Source: Acidobacteriota bacterium | Lineage (GTDB): Bacteria; Acidobacteriota; UBA6911; RPQK01; JAJDTT01 | Reading direction: 5' to 3' | Length of the DNA stretch: 64,000 bases | NCBI GenBank assembly: GCA_965263035.1 | Contig: OZ253580.1 | Span: forward strand, 3,840,001-3,904,000 | Shown: positions 58,066 to 64,000 of the stretch, piece by piece | How positions within the stretch are numbered: position 1 is the stretch's first letter | Layout: every line of letters begins with the position of its first letter | Translations under genes and position numbers: made by a program | Notes under the pieces: generated by a model | Database searches by the model: none | Told to the model about the DNA's origin: nothing | The model's input: only the letters and a program-made list of their open reading frames with translations

Positions 58066-59046
58066 ATGAAAAGACATGGACTTTCGGGTTTCCTGATTCT
58101 CTCAACCCTAATTGTTGCCGTTCACAGTGTCAGCTTCGCTCAGACACGGACTTGCGACGAGAACTCCGTCGTCGCCGGCGCCATACGGACCCGCGCGGAC
58201 ATCCAGGCGTTCGTTCAATGCGCCTATGAGTATGTCCAGGAAATGGGCATCGAGGCGGCCCGAGCGGCCTTCCATGAGGAAGGGCGGTGGAGAAGTGGTG
58301 CGTACTACGTCTTCGTCGACGAAGTGACACCGGTACGGGACGCCGCTAAGGCGTTGGTCTATCCGCCCGACCTTTCGCGGGAAGGGACGCCTTGGGGGCT
58401 GTTCATCGACGCCTACGGCAACGACTACTTTCAGGAACTCCATCGGATCATGGGCATCGTCGACGAGGGATGGCTCTATTATTCCATCACCAACCCGGCG
58501 ACCGGCAACGACGATCCCAAGGCCTCCTACGTCAAGGCCATCGACTGGGACGGGACGCCGGCTGCCATCGGGGCCGGAATCTACCTCCGCGACCTTCCGG
58601 GCAGCTGCCAGCGGGACGAGGTGAATGCCATGGGGCTGGCCGCCGACCCCTCCAACCCGAGACTGCAGGAATTCGTCCGCTGCGCCGCCATGGAGTTGGA
58701 AGCGATGGGGTACTTCGCCTCCGTCAGCCTGTCGGCGGACCCGCGCTGGAGACGCGATTCGATCTATGTGTTCGGCGTGGACGGGAACGGCAACACGCTG
58801 TTCAGCGGGGACCCCTACCGCTGGGGCGGCTGGACGTTGGGCGGGGCCGATTCCGAGCTGATCTCGCTGAGCGATCGGGACGACTTGAGCGTCGCCCACG
58901 CCTTCGGTGAAACCTTTCTCTACTACATGTCGCGAAACCCCTCCACTGGAATGCAGCAGCGGAAGGTGGTTTTCGTCAAGAGGGTGGTCACCTATGGCCT
59001 GCCGATCCTGATCGGCTCCGGCTACTATCTCGATGACGAGGAATAG
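58066..59046 (+). CDS. Exported double single-Cache domain protein, paralog 4
   Basis: Same architecture as paralog 1. Confidence 0.8.
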   Translation: MKRHGLSGFLILSTLIVAVHSVSFAQTRTCDENSVVAGAIRTRADIQAFVQCAYEYVQEMGIEAARAAFHEEGRWRSGAYYVFVDEVTPVRDAAKALVYPPDLSREGTPWGLFIDAYGNDYFQELHRIMGIVDEGWLYYSITNPATGNDDPKASYVKAIDWDGTPAAIGAGIYLRDLPGSCQRDEVNAMGLAADPSNPRLQEFVRCAAMELEAMGYFASVSLSADPRWRRDSIYVFGVDGNGNTLFSGDPYRWGGWTLGGADSELISLSDRDDLSVAHAFGETFLYYMSRNPSTGMQQRKVVFVKRVVTYGLPILIGSGYYLDDEE

Positions 59047-59212
59047 TCTGCATCGCCATTGAGGCAAGGCTGGCTGCGGTTCCGTTCTGGAGCGGTTCCC
59101 GCTCCGTCTTGGACGTTTGGGCTACAACGGGCCGTTCCTGGTGAGCGGCATGCTTTCGTCTGACCAGCCGCCGGACGGTTCAACGTTTCGGCGAATATGG
59201 AGGATTGTCCAG

Positions 59213-60193
59213 ATGCGGAAACTTCGGCTCCCTTGTCTCCTGATTCTCTCGACCTCGATGGTCGTCGTCCATGGTTTCGGCGCCGGCGACGTCCGGACCT
59301 GCGCCGAGAACTCCGTCGTCGCCAGCGCCATTCGCACGCCGGAGGACGTTCAAGCTTTTGTCCAGTGTGCCTACGAGTTGGTCCAGGAAGTGGGAATCGA
59401 CGCGGCCCGGCGGGCCTTCCACGAAGAGGAGCGTTGGCAGAGCGGCCCCTACTACATCTTCGTCGACGAAATGACGCCGATCTCTGAAGAGAGTCGAGCA
59501 CTCGTCTTTCCTCCCGACTCTTCGAGGGAGGGGCAGCCATGGGGCCTGTTGATCGACTCATTCGGCAACGACCTCATTCGGGAGTTCCATCGTCTTGCGA
59601 CCACCTTCGGCGGGGGCTGGACCTACTATTCCTTCAGAAACCCGGCGACTGGATACGATGAGCCCAAGGCTTCCTATTTCAAGAGCATCGACTGGGACGG
59701 GATTCCCGCCGCGATCGGCGCCGGGATCTATCGCCGGGACAATCCCGGCACCTGCAGGAGAGAAGAGGTCAACGCCATGGGGTTGACCTCCGAACCGTCC
59801 ATCCAGAAGTTGACGGAATTCGTCCGCTGTGCCGCCATGGAACTGGAGTCGATGGGGTACTTCGCCTCCGTCAGCCTCTCGTCGGACCCGCGATGGCGAA
59901 GGGACTCGGTCTACGTCTTCGGCGTGGACGGGAACGGCAACACGCTGTTCAGCGGGGACCCGTACCGCTGGGGCGGCTGGACCTTGGGGGGAGCCGATTC
60001 CGAGTTGACCTCGCTGAGCGAACGGGACGACTTGAGTGTGGCCCACGCCTTCGGTGAAACCTTCCTCTACTACATGTCGCGAAACCCCTCCACCGGAATG
60101 CAGCAGCGGAAGGTGGTCTTCGTCAAGAGGGTGGTCACCTACGGCCTGCCGATCCTCATCGGCTCCGGGTACTACCTTGAGGATGAGGAGTAG
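59213..60193 (+). CDS. Exported double single-Cache domain protein, paralog 5
   Basis: Same architecture; GGAGG RBS before MRKLR. Confidence 0.8.
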   Translation: MRKLRLPCLLILSTSMVVVHGFGAGDVRTCAENSVVASAIRTPEDVQAFVQCAYELVQEVGIDAARRAFHEEERWQSGPYYIFVDEMTPISEESRALVFPPDSSREGQPWGLLIDSFGNDLIREFHRLATTFGGGWTYYSFRNPATGYDEPKASYFKSIDWDGIPAAIGAGIYRRDNPGTCRREEVNAMGLTSEPSIQKLTEFVRCAAMELESMGYFASVSLSSDPRWRRDSVYVFGVDGNGNTLFSGDPYRWGGWTLGGADSELTSLSERDDLSVAHAFGETFLYYMSRNPSTGMQQRKVVFVKRVVTYGLPILIGSGYYLEDEE

Positions 60194-60245
60194 GGCGCTT
60201 CCTTATTGAGCCGGGACGGCGCTCCGATCCGGGGTTCCCCAACTA

Positions 60246-61464
60246 GTACCCAATAACATGTAATTGTTCGTATACTATGGTGGGAGGCTGGAGGACTCGG
60301 AAGGAGGAGTTCTCATGGCACCACGCTATCGTGTCACGCTCACTGTGGAAGAGCGCTCAGAATTGAAGGCCTTGACCCGGGCCGCGACCAAGACCACCGG
60401 CAAGCGGTTCCTGTACGCGCGGGCTCTGTTGTTGTGCGACCGCGGGCCGGAAGGGCCGGGATGGACCGTGGCCCGGGTGGCCGAGGCGCTGGGCGTCTCG
60501 GCCCGCACGATCGAGCACTTGAAACGGCGGTTTGTGGAGCAGGGTTTGGAGTTCGCCTTGGAGCGCAAGCGGCGGGTGCGGCCGCCGCGGAAAGTGATCT
60601 TCGACGGCGCGTTCGAGGCTCGCCTGGTCGCCTTGGCCTGCTCCCCGGCCCCGCCAGGACGGAAGCGCTGGACCCTGCGCCTGCTGGCGGAGAAAGTAGT
60701 GGAACTGGGCTGGGTCGAGCGGGTGTCGGTGATGACGGTGCAGCGGACGCTAAAAAAAACCAACTGCAGCCTCATCGGAAGAAGTATTGGCGGATCCCGC
60801 CCCGGGGCAGCGCCGCATTCGTAGCCTGCATGGAGGACGTTTTAGAAGTCTATGCCCGTCCGTACGACCCCCGTCGTCCGGTGGTCTGCATGGACGAGAC
60901 CAACAAGCAGTTGATCGGAGAAGTGCGGGAGCCTTTGCCGGTCGCGCCCGGCCAGCCGGAGCGAGTCGAGCATGAGTATGTGCGCAACGGGGTCGCGCAG
61001 ATCTTCCTGGAGGTGGAGCCACTGACCGGCCGCTGCCATGTGGAGGCGGGCGAGCGGCGCACGCGACAGGATTGGGCCCGGTGGATCGAGGGCATGTTGG
61101 AGAGGCGATACCCGGAGGCCGAGCGGGTGGTCCTGGTCTTGGACAACCTGAACCCGCACGGAATCGAATCGCTGTACGCGACCTACGAGCCTCGACACGC
61201 TCGCCAACTGGCACAACGACTGGAAATCCACTACACGCCTAAGCACGGCAGTTGGCTCAACATTGCAGAAATCGAATTGAGCGCGCTGTGCGGACAATGC
61301 CTGGACCGCCGGATTCCAAGCCTGGCCGGGATGCAACGTGAGATCGGGGCTTGGGTTGCGGATCGGAACCAACGGCAAACCGAGATCGACTGGCAGTTCA
61401 AGACGGAGGATGCACGGATCAAGCTGAAGAGCCTGTATCCACAACTTTAAGTGTTACGGGGTAC
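60246..61464 (+). mobile_element. IS630-family insertion sequence
   Basis: TIRs GTACCCAATAACATGTAA / TTAAGTGTTACGGGGTAC; TA duplicated at 60244-60245 and 61465-61466. Confidence 0.93.
60315..61450 (+). CDS. IS630 transposase, split over two ORFs by a -1 frameshift
   Basis: HTH ORF (RWTLRLLA) then DDE ORF (CMDE, LDNL, PKHGSWLNIAEIE); A8 run at 60752-60759 at the junction. Confidence 0.92.
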
Positions 61465-61630
61465 TAGGAGCCTGCGCCGCAGAAATTGATCTACTGCGAA
61501 AGCGGTAGAATCGGTCCAGATTTCCTCGATTTCTCGGCGAATAGAACAACTATGCACCTCAAAATCGAGAAAATCTGGCCTCGATTCCCCACTTTCTCGC
61601 TACGATCATTTCTACCGCGCAGACTCCTGG
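61464..61630. mobile_element. MITE family B, copy 2
   Basis: Near-identical to 27449-27615; abuts the IS630 right end. Confidence 0.88.
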
Positions 61631-61654
61631 TTGCCGCTGACTTCCGGCCCGGAG

Positions 61655-63163
61655 TCAGGCCATGGCGCCTTTGGCCGTCTCCAACAGCTCAACCGCCTTG
61701 ATCGCGATGGCGTCTCCCGCGGGGTGGGCGAACGGCGGTCGACGGGTGTAGCGGTAGACGGCCGACATGTACTCCCCGTCCCCCACGTCCCGGCTGGTGC
61801 CGATGTAGCTGAGATAACCGTTGCTGTAGGCGGCGGGTATGGTCATGGCGAAGGGACTCTGCTTCCGGATCTGATTCCCGATGCCGGAAAACGCCTCGCA
61901 CGGAATGGCCACCACTGCCACGTCGCCCAGCGCGATGACTTGCAAGGGGACGGGCAAGGAATCGGGCAGCACGGTCCCTTTCTCCTGAACCTCCAGCGCC
62001 CAATCGGTCCATCTCAGCAGGGGCCGGGCCAGATTCCTCCGGTATTTCATCTTCATGGTCGAGGAGAAGTTGTAGCCCAGGACCCGGAGCGTGTCGGGAT
62101 CGCCTTCCTTGGTTCTTCTCTGGAAGTCCAATAGTTCCCGGCGCTGCCGGAGGAGTTCCTCGGGCGGAGGGAGCGGAGCATAGGGGACTTGGGCCGTCCC
62201 CCAGGCCAGGGCCAGTGCGGACTCGGAATTGGCCCGGGTTCCGGAGGAGGCTCGAATGAAAGTGTCTCCCAATCGTCGTCCAGCGGCCCGGGCCCTTTCG
62301 GGACCGTCGAACATTCCCTTGACGTTGATGTCTCCCGCACAACCCTGGAGGAAGAACCCCACGGGCCGCCGGGGGTGAAACGATTCCACCAGGTCCAGAA
62401 TGGACCAACCTGAAAAATCGGGGTTGATCACCGGTTCTTCCAGGTTGTAGGCCGCCACCGGGTGGCCCGTGAAATGTCCCATCAGGGCCAGCGGCGTGCC
62501 GTCGGGGCGATCGAAGCGAAGCAGCGAGGCCAGGGGATCGTTGGCGCCCTCGAAGTCGCCCAGCAGGATCCGGTCCTCTTCCCGCATGAAATAGGTGGAC
62601 CCGTCGGGACGGACCCCTTTGCGGTTGTAGGTGATGGACGGCTCCTCGGCGGTCGCCCAGGAGAGTTTGGCTGGCTCGAAGCCCGCCTCCAGGGAGCGGG
62701 CGGCCTCCCGGAGATTTCTGAAGAACCGCTTGCCGAAGCCCCGGACGTTTCTCCTCAGTCCGCCGAGGGTGACGATGGAGTGATTGTGGGTCGCGGAGGC
62801 GATGGTCTGCTCCTGGGGAATGCCCAGACCCTGGGCCAGAAAACGCCTCCCCTCGTGCCAGATGTTGTAATCGCTGTTGACCCAGCCCAGAGTCAGCTTC
62901 CCCTGCCGGAGGGCCAGGAGACGGGTCTCCATGGGACCCTCGATCTTGCGAACCACCGGATTGGCGCCCAGGGTCGGGGACGGGACACCTACAGGCGGGG
63001 TGCAGTCGAAGCGTAGCGCGGAGATCTCCAGCTCCCCACGGCCCACGACCACCTGATCGGCCGCCGGTTTCCCCCACGCACGCCGCGGGAAAGGCAGCAG
63101 GGAAGCTCCCAGACCCACCAGAAAGTGACGCCGGTTGGCGCCTCTTCTTATGACTCTTCTCAT
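61655..63163 (-). CDS. Tat-exported neutral/alkaline-ceramidase-like hydrolase
   Basis: NRRHFL twin-arginine signal; SATHNHS, FTGHP, FLQGCAGD, PCEAF, YSNGYLSYI. Confidence 0.75.
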   Translation of the reverse strand: MRRVIRRGANRRHFLVGLGASLLPFPRRAWGKPAADQVVVGRGELEISALRFDCTPPVGVPSPTLGANPVVRKIEGPMETRLLALRQGKLTLGWVNSDYNIWHEGRRFLAQGLGIPQEQTIASATHNHSIVTLGGLRRNVRGFGKRFFRNLREAARSLEAGFEPAKLSWATAEEPSITYNRKGVRPDGSTYFMREEDRILLGDFEGANDPLASLLRFDRPDGTPLALMGHFTGHPVAAYNLEEPVINPDFSGWSILDLVESFHPRRPVGFFLQGCAGDINVKGMFDGPERARAAGRRLGDTFIRASSGTRANSESALALAWGTAQVPYAPLPPPEELLRQRRELLDFQRRTKEGDPDTLRVLGYNFSSTMKMKYRRNLARPLLRWTDWALEVQEKGTVLPDSLPVPLQVIALGDVAVVAIPCEAFSGIGNQIRKQSPFAMTIPAAYSNGYLSYIGTSRDVGDGEYMSAVYRYTRRPPFAHPAGDAIAIKAVELLETAKGAMA

Positions 63164-63221
63164 AGCCGGGTTATTCCGCTTCGGCACGGGATAACGGGAT
63201 CCTCGGCGGGAGCAGTCGCGC

Positions 63222-64000
63222 CTACCAAAGGGTGTAGCCTCCATCGATGACGATGCTGGCGCCCGTCACGTAGCGGGAAGCGTCGCAGGCCAGATAGACG
63301 GCCAAGGGGCCCAGATCCTCGGGTTGCCCGAAGCCGCCCATGGGAATGTGGGCCATGAAGGTCTTGATCACCTGGGGGTGTTCCTTGGACCAGCGGATGT
63401 TGGGCTCGGTCATGAAGCCCCCGGGACAGATGGCATTGACCGTGATGCCGTGGGGCGCCCAGTCGGCGGCTACGGCTCGAGTGAAGTGGATGACGGCCGC
63501 CTTGGACGTCTCGTAGTGGCGGCCGCCGATGTCGCGAGCCACGATCAGCCCGTTGATGGAGGCGTTGTTGATGATGCGTCCCCCCTGGCCGCGGCGCACC
63601 ATGGCCCCGCCGATGATCTTGGTGCACAGGAAGGTGCTGGTCAGATTCAGATCGATGAGGCGTCGCCATTGCTCCAGGGTCATCTCCGTGGTGGGGATGT
63701 TCTCGCGGCGTCCTCCCACGTTGTTGATGAGGATGTCGATGGGGCCGTGATCCCTGAGAGCCGTCTCGCAGGCCCGTTCGCAATCCTCCATGTCGCCGAT
63801 GTCGGCCTGGATCGGGAACGCCTCCCGTCCCAGGTTCCTCAGATCTCCTGCCGTCCGCTCCAGGGATGCGGCATCCCGCCCCACCAGAATCACGTCGGCG
63901 CCGGCCTCGGCGATGGCCAGGGCCATTTCGCGCCCCAACCCCCGGCTGCCGCCGGTGATGAACATCCTCTTTCCCGTCAGTCGAAACCGGTCAAATACGC
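63222..64000 (-). CDS. Short-chain dehydrogenase/reductase (start lies just beyond the window)
   Basis: TGGSRGLG, NNVG, YETSK, VNAICPG, IDGG; frame stays open to the edge (VFDRFRLTGKR). Confidence 0.93.
   Translation of the reverse strand, partial: VFDRFRLTGKRMFITGGSRGLGREMALAIAEAGADVILVGRDAASLERTAGDLRNLGREAFPIQADIGDMEDCERACETALRDHGPIDILINNVGGRRENIPTTEMTLEQWRRLIDLNLTSTFLCTKIIGGAMVRRGQGGRIINNASINGLIVARDIGGRHYETSKAAVIHFTRAVAADWAPHGITVNAICPGGFMTEPNIRWSKEHPQVIKTFMAHIPMGGFGQPEDLGPLAVYLACDASRYVTGASIVIDGGYTLW

Noticed and set aside
54838-60193. CRISPR array or diversity-generating retroelement behind the repeated DNA
   Set aside because: The repeats are whole paralogous genes; no short repeat-spacer pattern, no reverse transcriptase, and no obvious adenine-only variation

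Overview
GC-rich bacterial chromosomal window; the gene mix of catabolic enzymes, beta-propeller proteins and MITEs suggests an environmental or host-associated heterotroph such as an Acidobacteriota member, but that is inference only. From left to right it holds: a stand-alone tnpB element; lon; amide-hydrolase and permease genes; an orphan higA; a frameshifted nuclease-like gene; an organic-acid catabolic cluster; a ThDP enzyme followed by an EhpF/GriC- and EhpG/GriD-like pair (putative carboxylate reductase); vapBC; dapF, pmm/pgm and pgi/pmi; an ECF sigma/anti-sigma pair; msrA; and rtcB. A ~12.4 kb defence island sits in the 3' end of rtcB, flanked by 159-bp direct repeats. It carries a type I restriction-modification locus whose hsdM is split by an IS1634-family element, with a Schlafen/AlbA_2 gene between hsdS and hsdR. 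After the island come a sugar-oxidation cluster with a dehydrogenase-lactonase fusion, a tandem array of five exported double-Cache-domain proteins and an IS630 element. Three MITE families (five copies) are present, and CTAG recurs as an insertion target. No rRNA, tRNA or CRISPR array was recognised. All calls come from reading the sequence by eye; no searches were run.
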